DNA of 64,000 bases from Candidatus Latescibacterota bacterium (GTDB lineage Bacteria > Latescibacterota > UBA2968 > GCA-2709665). Below, piece by piece: positions 38,709 through 47,435 of this stretch (the first letter of the stretch is position 1; every line of letters starts with the position of its first letter). Made by a program: the position numbers and the translations under genes. The stretch lies in contig OZ242358.1 in assembly GCA_965208835.1 (NCBI GenBank), positions 3,552,001 through 3,616,000 on the forward strand. The letters are read 5' to 3'. Below the pieces are notes generated by a model, which saw nothing but the letters and a program-made list of their open reading frames with translations, ran no database searches and had not been told where the DNA came from.

Positions 38709-38737
38709 AATTTAGTTGGCGCAAATGCATTTGTCAA
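38709..38737 (-). promoter_or_regulatory. Putative sigma70 promoter of the OMP-TBDR-CTD-PorV operon
   Basis: Minus strand TTGACA-17 bp-TAAATT, preceded by an A-tract; implies a ~290-nt leader. Confidence 0.6.
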
Positions 38738-38903
38738 GTTTTTTTTATCGGCCGGTTGTGGAGGAAACTTTTTTTCGCACAGCACACGAAGACGCTTCGA
38801 ACATCGGCCGCGGGCGGAATCAGGAGGGAGTATTAACGACCCGTGAAACCTGTTCATCCCCAATAGACAGAGGGACGCTGCGACCGGAAGCCTCCGGCCC
38901 TGG

Positions 38904-39049
38904 CAGCCCGATGAAAAAGCCCATCCGGGCTACGGCCGGCCCTTGCGGTCGAAATACCGCGTTGCGCGCCCTCGCCGATTTGAAGGATGGGACTCGGTCG
39001 CGCGCCTTGTCTTCGACCTCGCCTGCAGAGCGACTCTCTCAACGGACTG
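38904..39049. mobile_element. MITE family B, copy 1
   Basis: Imperfect TIRs CAGCCCGATGAAAAAG / CTCTCTCAACGGACTG; homologous to 53760-53919 and 60928-61087; abuts the TAG stop of the GWxTD gene. Confidence 0.8.
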
Positions 39050-41455
39050 CTATTTCTCAAGGATCTGAAAACGACCTTCCCGAACCGTCTGCCGACCGGT
39101 CACGAGATCCTTCACCGTCATCTTCACCCGATAGCGCCCCGGTCTGCCTTTGCGCAGGTCCAACTCGACATAGTCAGACTCGTCGGGCGAAGCGCCCACC
39201 TGCCTGTAGCTGACCGAAATCATCTCTCCTGATCCCTTCCGGGCCAGCGTTTTCAGCTTCTTCCGCCCGCGTCGCACTTCGTACCCAACCTCATATCTGG
39301 TGTTACCGAAAGAATCTCGAGTCAGATTGTATATCTCGAAATAGACGTAAACCGGTTCCCCCGATCGAAAGGCCCGGGACGGCGCCGCGTCGATCTGCCA
39401 TCGGCCCCGGACCGACTTCGGATCGGAGACCGGCCCCGCCTCGACGACGCGGTACGCCACCTGGAGATCGCTCAGGATCAACTGCCCGCTGTCGTAGTCG
39501 GGAACCTCGACCTCCTGGTGATAAGCCTGAAGCCGGTTCGTATTCAGCCTGGACATCTGCAACGCCAGTCTGTAGGCGCCGGGCGGTGCGGTCAGGTCGA
39601 CCCGGTCCACGGCCAGCAGCCCCGCCCCCCTTCGGGACGGCGATATCCGCAGGTCCAGCCGGTCCCGTGTCTTCCGCACCTCCTCGGTCCGGTTTTCGAT
39701 CAGCGCAATGCGCCGGTCCAGAGTCACCGTTGTGTCACGGTCTCCGGCCACGAGGACGTTGTCAAGCGGCAGTCCCAGATTCAGCTGAAGATCCGCTTCA
39801 CCGTTTCGGCCACGGAACGTGAGCGCTTCGTAATAGAATTCCATGGGATCCAGATGGGATAAATTGTATCTTTCGGGCAGGTCCTTGGAAATTCGCGCCA
39901 CCCGGGCGCCGGGCGCCAGGTTGGGCAACCGCGTCATCAGCCGGCGCATTGGGCCCTGACGCTGCATGGCGAGCTCGCCCAGATCGTACCCGTCCGGTGT
40001 GGGCTCCGGAGCGAAATCGTAGATGCCGCTGTACAACTCATCCGTAAACACCACCTCCAGCCCGCTCTCGATATCCGCGTATATCCAGACCTCCCATCCC
40101 ACCTTCGAATAGTCCATGCTCGTGGTGACCGGCTTGTAATGCGTCATCCCCACGTCGATTTCCTCAGGACCGCCAAGCGGCTTGCTGTTGGTCCGCCACT
40201 CCGTCTGGGAAAGCGCTTTTTCGACCGTACGGTCCGACCGGATGGGATAAACCGGGCCGATGAAGTTCATGTCCATTCCGCGCCGTCCGTAGAGTTGAAA
40301 CGCCAGCTTTTCCTGAACGCGCTGCACTTTAATGGGAACCTGCGCGTTGATCTGCCTCCAATTGGATTTCCAGTCGGGTTCCCCGTACCTGACGAACACG
40401 CGGCCGCGGGCGTCGAAGGGCCAGGCGATTTCACCGTACAGCGTCATTGCCCGCCAGACGCGACGGTAGTGTTCCACGCGCCGCATTGCGCCGCCGCTCG
40501 TCTGGAACGGGTCGCGCTTGAGCCAGAAGCCCCTCAGAAACGTTTCACGATCTTCCGGCGGCGTGTTCTGATACGCCTGAACATCATCCGGCGCGCCGAC
40601 GTTCGAGATGTCGTAATAGGCCGTCCGCGCCTTCGGGGGCAGCAGTGAGATATACCGCTCGAACGCCCCGAGGGCCTCCTCGTGATCCCCCCAGGCGGCA
40701 AGTACCTGCGCCTCGAGAGGCAATCCCCGCTCCGGACCCATCAACGCCGCCAGTTGAAGCACTTCTTCGTACCGCTCGATTTCCAGAAGGTGCATCGCAA
40801 AGTCGAACGCCGACTCCTCATCGTCGGGTTCGCGCGAAAGGAACTCCCGAAAATACCGGATGGCTTCCGGCGGGTTCCCCAGCGACAGATGGTAATCAGC
40901 AAGCAGCATGTACGACGGCGCATGGTCCGGATCGTGGCGGAGCACTGTCCGGGCCGAGGCCAGTACCTCTTCGTTCTTCTTCAATATCAGGTACGCCCGA
41001 CCCATCAGATGATGGGCGTCGACATAGGTGGAATCTGCACGTACGGCGCGTTCAAGGTTCTTCAACGCCCGCCTGGGGTTGTTCATCAAGTCGAGATAGA
41101 CCCGCCCCAGACCGTACCGCGCCGCCACCAGCGTGGAATCCTGGACCAGCGCGTCCCTGAATCGTGCCCTTGCGCGTTGCGCATCCTTCGCCTTCAGATA
41201 GAGCATTCCGATTCGCACGCGCAGCAGGGCCGGGTTGGGATATGCATTCAGGGCGCCTTCCAGTTTGCCAATCGCCACCCTGATGGAATCCGGGTCGTCA
41301 GACTTCGTCGTGCGGATGTAAACCGCGTCGACCTCGCCGGGCGACAGCGTGTCAGCCCTGGCCGAAGCAGCGCACCATACGATTGCGACAAGGACAAGAA
41401 CGCACAGGAACCCAGGGAAGGACCGGATTTTGCGTACATTTTCCGGACAGGACAT
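39050..41455 (-). CDS. TPR + GWxTD domain-containing exported protein
   Basis: Signal peptide (ARA-D), TPRs, FWLKRDP...EHYRRV...FDARGRVFVRYGEPD, WEVWIY...FTD, Ig-like C-terminus; paralogue of 24996-28523. Confidence 0.85.
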   Translation of the reverse strand: MSCPENVRKIRSFPGFLCVLVLVAIVWCAASARADTLSPGEVDAVYIRTTKSDDPDSIRVAIGKLEGALNAYPNPALLRVRIGMLYLKAKDAQRARARFRDALVQDSTLVAARYGLGRVYLDLMNNPRRALKNLERAVRADSTYVDAHHLMGRAYLILKKNEEVLASARTVLRHDPDHAPSYMLLADYHLSLGNPPEAIRYFREFLSREPDDEESAFDFAMHLLEIERYEEVLQLAALMGPERGLPLEAQVLAAWGDHEEALGAFERYISLLPPKARTAYYDISNVGAPDDVQAYQNTPPEDRETFLRGFWLKRDPFQTSGGAMRRVEHYRRVWRAMTLYGEIAWPFDARGRVFVRYGEPDWKSNWRQINAQVPIKVQRVQEKLAFQLYGRRGMDMNFIGPVYPIRSDRTVEKALSQTEWRTNSKPLGGPEEIDVGMTHYKPVTTSMDYSKVGWEVWIYADIESGLEVVFTDELYSGIYDFAPEPTPDGYDLGELAMQRQGPMRRLMTRLPNLAPGARVARISKDLPERYNLSHLDPMEFYYEALTFRGRNGEADLQLNLGLPLDNVLVAGDRDTTVTLDRRIALIENRTEEVRKTRDRLDLRISPSRRGAGLLAVDRVDLTAPPGAYRLALQMSRLNTNRLQAYHQEVEVPDYDSGQLILSDLQVAYRVVEAGPVSDPKSVRGRWQIDAAPSRAFRSGEPVYVYFEIYNLTRDSFGNTRYEVGYEVRRGRKKLKTLARKGSGEMISVSYRQVGASPDESDYVELDLRKGRPGRYRVKMTVKDLVTGRQTVREGRFQILEK

Positions 41456-41522
41456 CTCGTCAAGCCTCCCGGTACAATAATGTCTAGACCTTATGTATCG
41501 ATGTGAACGATCAAGCTGACTA

Positions 41523-42737
41523 TCAGTGTATCCCAATGTTCTGCCAGAACGTGCCCCAGGCGAACCAGAAACCGTTGTGCGAAGGCAACTGAGTCAGCTG
41601 CCTGCCCTCGTGCGTCCCGTCCACACCCTCTCCCTTGAGGTTCCACGTTGTGCCGGTTTCGTTGTCTTTTACCATAAACGGATAGGCGCTCAGGGTCGAA
41701 TTCACTTTCTCGAACGTGAGCGTGGTCGCCTGGCCGTTCACGCTGATCTCGCGCGAAAAGGGAATGGCCAACTGGGCGTCCCGGTAGAAGACCACCAGGA
41801 TGGGATGTTGCCTGGGTCCCTCAACGATCGTGTCGTTGATAACGTCTTCGCGGTGCATGGCCTGGAAGGGATAGGCCTTGACCATCTCACCAAAGCGGAC
41901 CCCCATTGCCAGATCCTTGGCGTCGAAGAGGGCCGAAGTCGCTGTGTCCATGTTCGGAAACAGAATATACGCGTTTGCCGTCCGGTAATCCCCTCCCTGG
42001 GACGGATTAATGTAAGGATACTGAGTGTATTGGTTAATGTTGTATCGGGTCCCGTTACCGTCGATCACCTTTGTATCGGGATGGATCCGCTTCCAGTATT
42101 CCCAGGTGCACTCGGTCACCGGCAGCAGTTCCAGTTCCTCGCCCTGTCGAGGACCAAGCACGGCCTTGTAGATCATTTGTGGATAAAGCGATTGCCTGTC
42201 CCGCCGGTCGTACATGATCAGGTTGTTGTTGAACAACAGGCCGGACACGCCAACGTGAATCCGTTCGCCATCAGCTGCAACGCCATTGAAGACCATTCCC
42301 GTGCCGGTCAGGGGGCAAAGCGTCACGATCACACTCTCATCGCCCGCGGTGTCGTTTATGATTTCGTGGTGCCAACCAATATTGTGTGGATAGGCCCTGG
42401 CCTCTCCGTCTATCACAATCCCCATGACAATATCATTGTCCCTCAGATATCCCGCTCCGGTGTCACCAGCACTGACGAAATCGGGATCGGTCACCGCGGG
42501 TATACAATCAGGGCAAGCGCCCGTAGCGATCGCGTCTGTCGGAAATGAAGCCACGTCCAGAAAGTTGCCGCCGGCCCGGGGTTGGCGCGCGTGCTCGCTG
42601 CGGCTGCCCTGTGAAGTCGATCCCCCGCCTCCGGTTCCGGTTCCGTCTGTCGGACCTGTCGCGCCTCCGCCGCCGTTCCCGCCGCAGGCAGCAAATAACA
42701 CAGCAAGAATCAAGGGAAACGAAAACAGTCGCTTCAT
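41523..42737 (-). CDS. DUF3179 family lipoprotein
   Basis: Lipobox FAAC, Gly/Thr linker, DCIPA, ARAYP...HEIIND, CPLTG, GVSGLL.NNNLIMYDR, FWFAW. Confidence 0.85.
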   Translation of the reverse strand: MKRLFSFPLILAVLFAACGGNGGGGATGPTDGTGTGGGGSTSQGSRSEHARQPRAGGNFLDVASFPTDAIATGACPDCIPAVTDPDFVSAGDTGAGYLRDNDIVMGIVIDGEARAYPHNIGWHHEIINDTAGDESVIVTLCPLTGTGMVFNGVAADGERIHVGVSGLLFNNNLIMYDRRDRQSLYPQMIYKAVLGPRQGEELELLPVTECTWEYWKRIHPDTKVIDGNGTRYNINQYTQYPYINPSQGGDYRTANAYILFPNMDTATSALFDAKDLAMGVRFGEMVKAYPFQAMHREDVINDTIVEGPRQHPILVVFYRDAQLAIPFSREISVNGQATTLTFEKVNSTLSAYPFMVKDNETGTTWNLKGEGVDGTHEGRQLTQLPSHNGFWFAWGTFWQNIGIH

Positions 42738-43022
42738 TCAGGGCCTCCAGTTGGTCTCGCCGGAACGTTGTAAATCCGGTGCAGGTGACACATTCATAAT
42801 GTATATATAGAAAAATTGAAATCTGATAAATTGGCTCCGTCGCTCGAGGCGGCATACCCGGGACGGGTGTTTCGGATCGATTGAGAGATTTCGTAATTCA
42901 GGGATAATATACCTGGTACAGGAATGAATGTAAACCTTTCGGTCGCAGATCCATGGGAAACGCAGCAAAAAAGGGCATTTTGTCTATCTTTGGTTTACCT
43001 GATGCAAGCCGGGCGAGTCTTT

Positions 43023-43051
43023 GTAGGGGCAGGTTTGAAACCTGCCCCTAC
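43023..43051. repeat. GTAG-type REP-like perfect palindrome
   Basis: GTAGGGGCAGGTTT-G-AAACCTGCCCCTAC. Confidence 0.75.
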
Positions 43052-43241
43052 GGTTGAGCATTGGGCTATATTTCGATCTCCTTGCTCGTGCGCACACCGT
43101 GACGCACTGGCGGGCCGGGCGGGACACCCCCGGCGGGCATCCACCGCTTCATTGGCGCGTTCCTTGACTAAATTCCATCTTCCGTTTATTTTATGCACCC
43201 CATAGGCAAGCCCGTTTTCCTTCGGCATTTCCTTAATCTAA

Positions 43242-43403
43242 GAAGCTGTCTTAAAATTTCCAGCGGTCTTCGCGCGGCTGCAAAAGCGCCGGTCGGCGTT
43301 GGTCAAACCCACCCGTATAGACAAATATGGGCGGATTTTCCCGCCTTGCCCGTCGCTTTTTCGCTCGCGCTCGGGAACTCACCGGCAATTTTAAAACAAC
43401 TTC
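43242..43403. mobile_element. MITE family A, copy 2 (162 bp)
   Basis: Colinear with 3253-3414; flanks TAA/AAA; ends 18 bp before the next start codon. Confidence 0.85.
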
Positions 43404-43421
43404 AAACGACAATCCCGCCAG

Positions 43422-45413
43422 ATGGCACTGCCAAAACCGCAAGAACCCTCCATTGAATCGCAAGCTGGCCACCGGGACCGGGGAGTCACGCTCCGCGCCG
43501 TGGGGATGGGCGTGCTCGTATCGGCCCTCAGCAGCGGCTGGGTCGCCTATTCCCGCACCGCGGCGGATACGTCGTCGGTCAATATCACCCACCTGCCCGT
43601 TTCCTTTTTCGGCGTCTTCATTGTCGTCCTCACGATCAACCTGATCCTGCGCAGGAGGCCCGGTTCGTCCGGTCTGGGCCCCTCGGAAATGCTCACGATC
43701 TTTGCGATGGGCCTCGTCGCCGCAATGGTCCCCGCCAGGGGCCTGACCGGTATCTGGCTCGGCCTGATGGCGGTGCCGTACTATCGAAGCACGCCCGAAA
43801 ACGGCTGGATCGACTATGTCCAGCCGTACCTCCCCGACTATCTGTTTCCAACCAACGACGGCAATCAGACGACCCTGCTCTACGAAGGCCTGCCGGGCGG
43901 CGCCGCGATACCCTGGAACGTCTGGTACCTCCCGCTGTTCTGGTGGCTCACGCTCATTCTGGCGGGGTTCGTCGTTTGCGCCTGCATAACTGTGATACTG
44001 CGAAGACAGTGGGTCGAATACGAACGCCTGGACTACCCGCTGCTGGCGCCCATCCTGGAAACCATCGACGACGTCCACGACGCTTCGGGCGGAAACAAGT
44101 GGCCGGACTACTTCAAGGGACGTCTGTTCTGGATCGGCTTCGGGATCGCCTTCGGCATTATCGCATGGAACATGATTTCGTATTTCCAGCCAACCTGGCC
44201 GCGCATCAGCATGAGTCCCAACAAGGGCCTGTTCTACTTCGCCCGGATCTTTCCGCCGCTGCTCACCCACATCAATACGTATACGATCGGCTTCGGGTAT
44301 TTTGTGAAGCTGGAGATCCTCTTCTCGATCTGGTTCTTCCACTTCCTGCTGATGTCCGAGATCGCGCTGATCCGCAAGACCGGTTTCCAGTTCGGCCGCA
44401 TGCACCAGTCCGGCGGCGGGTGGGGAGATCCGCTCGTCCAGTGGCAGTGCCTGGGCGCGTTGTTCGTCTTCGTCGGATGGGGATTCTGGGCGGCCCGACA
44501 CCATCTGAGGGACGTATTCCGCAAAGCCTTCTTCAACGAATGCGGTGTGGACGATTCCAGGGAGATGCTCTCGTACCGCACGGCCGTCATCGGGTTCATC
44601 GCGGGCAACCTCTACATTGTTGCATGGCTGCACCAGGCGGGGATCGAGTTGGCGTTGCTGGCCATCACCGTTCCGGCCTCGATCATCATCTACATCGCGC
44701 TCGCCAGATTCGTATGCGAGTCCGGCACCCTGTACCTGGGACTGCCCACCAGCCCCCTGGATATGGGCTATCAGATCCTGGGTACGGAGACTATTTCGGC
44801 GAGGGTCCTTACCGCCTCGGCTACGTCGCACGCCCTGCGGTGGATGTATTTCATGCCGGCGCTCTCCCAGGGAGCAAAGGCCATCGACCGCGCAAAAGGC
44901 AACCGCCGCGTGCTGTTCTGGGCCGTACTCGGGGGCCTGCTCACCGCGCTGGCCGTGAACATCTGGATGGTGCTCTACCTCGGCTACAAGTACGGCGCAT
45001 TCAACTTTACGGATTATCCGTTCGCAAGATACGCGCCGCGCCTCTACGACGCCGTTGTCGCGAATATCAAATCGCCGGAACCGGCCTCCTGGGAACGTCT
45101 CGTGCTGTTTGCGTTCGGAGGCATCCTCATGGCGGGGTTCACGCTCCTGCGTTATCGCCTGCCGTGGTGGCCGCTGCACCCCGTGGGTTTCATCGTGACC
45201 ACGACAAGCCTGCTGCACGAAATCACCGCCATCCTCATCGTGTGGCTGTTCAAAGCCATCGTCATGCGGGTTGGCGGCGTACAGCTGTACCGTTATTTCC
45301 TGCCCCTCTTCTTCGGAATCATCGTCGGACGGGCCACGGGCGTTCTGGCCTCCTTCATTGTCGATCTGATCTGGTTTCCCGGAGGGGGCCACCACGTCCA
45401 TGGATGGGCGTAG
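43422..45413 (+). CDS. DUF6785/DUF6784-type polytopic membrane protein (putative transporter)
   Basis: Many TM helices; YEGLP...IPW..W..PL, LRRQWVEYERLDYPL, WWPLHPVG, PLFFGII.G. Confidence 0.8.
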   Translation: MALPKPQEPSIESQAGHRDRGVTLRAVGMGVLVSALSSGWVAYSRTAADTSSVNITHLPVSFFGVFIVVLTINLILRRRPGSSGLGPSEMLTIFAMGLVAAMVPARGLTGIWLGLMAVPYYRSTPENGWIDYVQPYLPDYLFPTNDGNQTTLLYEGLPGGAAIPWNVWYLPLFWWLTLILAGFVVCACITVILRRQWVEYERLDYPLLAPILETIDDVHDASGGNKWPDYFKGRLFWIGFGIAFGIIAWNMISYFQPTWPRISMSPNKGLFYFARIFPPLLTHINTYTIGFGYFVKLEILFSIWFFHFLLMSEIALIRKTGFQFGRMHQSGGGWGDPLVQWQCLGALFVFVGWGFWAARHHLRDVFRKAFFNECGVDDSREMLSYRTAVIGFIAGNLYIVAWLHQAGIELALLAITVPASIIIYIALARFVCESGTLYLGLPTSPLDMGYQILGTETISARVLTASATSHALRWMYFMPALSQGAKAIDRAKGNRRVLFWAVLGGLLTALAVNIWMVLYLGYKYGAFNFTDYPFARYAPRLYDAVVANIKSPEPASWERLVLFAFGGILMAGFTLLRYRLPWWPLHPVGFIVTTTSLLHEITAILIVWLFKAIVMRVGGVQLYRYFLPLFFGIIVGRATGVLASFIVDLIWFPGGGHHVHGWA

Positions 45414-45514
45414 CTTTGCGTGCCGGACTTCCGTTGCTCTCTTGACAGACCACCTGGTTTCCGCGTTATTTTGGGTCGAAAGAATGCCGGGTCACTACTC
45501 TGGAGGATCTGCCT

Positions 45515-47284
45515 GTGAATAAGTGTGGTTTGTCTTTTCTCCTTGCTTCGCTAGTGCTGTCGTCTTCCGCCATAGCGCAAGATGACCCGCTCCTTACGAG
45601 TTTCCCTCACGAAGTCACGCGGCTTGACGAGATGGGCGGGCTACCCGGCGCCGCGATGTTCGACTACGACAACGACGGCGATCTGGACGTCTACGTGGCA
45701 AACGGCCATGGCTTCCGCAATTACCTCCTCGAAAACGACGGGTCCGGCAATTTTGCGGACGTCTCCAGGGAGGCTGGAGTGGCTGTCACGTTAGAAACAC
45801 ACGGCGTCGCGAGCGCCGATATCGACAACGACGGCGACGCGGACCTCTTCGCGGCCACGGACGGCCGGAACTACCTCTTCCTCAACAACGGCGACGGGAC
45901 CTTTACCGACATCACGGAATCCGCGGGGATCGCGTCCCGTTACTTCTCGTCCACCGTTGCGTTTGCGGACGTCGACAACGACGGGTACGTGGACATCTAC
46001 GTTGGTGGCGCGGGCGGCGAGGATAGCGTCGTACAAAACAGAATCGTGGGTACGGGCGAAATGTATTTGAATAACGGCGATCTGACCTTCAGGGATATTA
46101 CCGACGTGACCGGTACAGAAGCGACGTACACGTGGTCGGTCCGCTTCTGCGACTACGACGACGACGGCGACCCGGATCTGTTTACGGCCAACGACCAGGG
46201 CATTGCACTGGCGGGCGAGTGGTCTCCCATCCGGCTTCACAGAAACGACGGCAACCTGAGGTTCACCGACGTCACAAGGGAGGCCGGCCTGGGCATCACG
46301 GGAAGCTGGATGGGGCTCGCGTTCGGAGACTACGATCTGGACGGCGATTTCGACTTCTTCGCTACAAACGTCGGCGGCTCGTTCGTGACAAAGGAAGGCG
46401 ATCAAGAGTACGACTGGCACGGATTCTTCCTCAACGACGGTGGCGTGTTCAGGAATATCGCGGAGGAACTGGATGTGTCGCAGGATCGCACACTGGCCAA
46501 ATTGGAATTCGGCTGGGGCACGGTCTTTACGGATTTCGACAACGACGGCGATCTGGATCTCTACTTCGTTGGCAATTTCGAGATGCTCGAGGCCTATCTC
46601 AATCCGGGTTACCTTCTGATCAACGACGGAACCGGGGCGTTCAGCGACTCCACGGCTCGCTACGGCCTGAGGACGGTTGACGGGACCGGCAGACCCACGA
46701 TCGCGGTCGGCGTTGCGACCGGCGACGTGAACAACGACGGTCACGTGGACATTTTCGTCGCCAATGCCGGTACGGATTACAAGACCGGATATCCGATGCT
46801 GTTTACGGAAAAATTCGACGACAACAACTGGATTCGACTGAAACTTGAAGGCACCGAGAGCAACCGGTCGGCCATCGGCGCCAGGATCCAGCTTACGGCC
46901 GGCGGCAGGACCCAGATCCGCGACGTGGCCAGCGGCGGCAGCAGTTTCTCGCAGAACAGCCTGTGGCCCACGTTCGGCATCGGCAAGAGTGCCATCATTG
47001 ACTCGATCAGAATCAGATGGCCGAGCGGAATCGTTCAGACACTCATGGAGATCGAGCCCAACCAGACGCTCGAGATCCTGGAAGAGCGGCCGCCGCCCGA
47101 GGTCGTCTACGCTAACCCACGTGCCGATTTCGACGGCAACGGCAGCGTCGATTTCAGTGATTTCATCGCCCTTGCCGCGGCGTTCAACACGGATGACTCA
47201 ACCTACGATCTGAACGGAGACAGCTTGGTCGACTTCGCCGACTTCATCGAATTCGCGAGGTCGTTCGGCCGGCCGCTGCCATAA
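45515..47284 (+). CDS. CRTAC1/ASPIC-UnbV FG-GAP repeat protein with C-terminal EF-hand/dockerin-like domain
   Basis: Signal peptide, multiple D.DNDGDLD repeats, SNRSAIGARI...FGIG...IRWPSG, twin DFDGNGSVDFSDF/DLNGDSLVDFADF. Confidence 0.9.
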   Translation: MNKCGLSFLLASLVLSSSAIAQDDPLLTSFPHEVTRLDEMGGLPGAAMFDYDNDGDLDVYVANGHGFRNYLLENDGSGNFADVSREAGVAVTLETHGVASADIDNDGDADLFAATDGRNYLFLNNGDGTFTDITESAGIASRYFSSTVAFADVDNDGYVDIYVGGAGGEDSVVQNRIVGTGEMYLNNGDLTFRDITDVTGTEATYTWSVRFCDYDDDGDPDLFTANDQGIALAGEWSPIRLHRNDGNLRFTDVTREAGLGITGSWMGLAFGDYDLDGDFDFFATNVGGSFVTKEGDQEYDWHGFFLNDGGVFRNIAEELDVSQDRTLAKLEFGWGTVFTDFDNDGDLDLYFVGNFEMLEAYLNPGYLLINDGTGAFSDSTARYGLRTVDGTGRPTIAVGVATGDVNNDGHVDIFVANAGTDYKTGYPMLFTEKFDDNNWIRLKLEGTESNRSAIGARIQLTAGGRTQIRDVASGGSSFSQNSLWPTFGIGKSAIIDSIRIRWPSGIVQTLMEIEPNQTLEILEERPPPEVVYANPRADFDGNGSVDFSDFIALAAAFNTDDSTYDLNGDSLVDFADFIEFARSFGRPLP

Positions 47285-47312
47285 ATAAAGCCCGGCGGCA
47301 GAACCGTCGGGC
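47283..47312 (-). terminator. Hairpin/terminator between convergent genes
   Basis: Minus strand GCCCGACGG-TTCTG-CCGCCGGGC then TTTATTT; stem contains one mismatch. Confidence 0.45.
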
Positions 47313-47435
47313 CTGACTGAAATCCGAGTTCCAATTCGGCTTTTTTCCAGCAATCAACACGCTTCCACGGTTTCATCACGTCACGCTTCCATTTTGACCC
47401 TTCGATATGCTCCGGGCAACGGCTCATGGACCGGC

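Noticed and set aside
41523-42737. Possible selenoprotein or recoding in the DUF3179 gene
   Set aside because: The ORF is uninterrupted with Cys codons; no in-frame TGA.
43251-45445. 716-aa minus ORF and 500-aa alternative plus frame
   Set aside because: Shadows of the DUF6785-type membrane protein gene.
45442-45472. TTGACA promoter upstream of the ASPIC/UnbV gene
   Set aside because: The best -10 match needs a 19-bp spacer, so support is weak.
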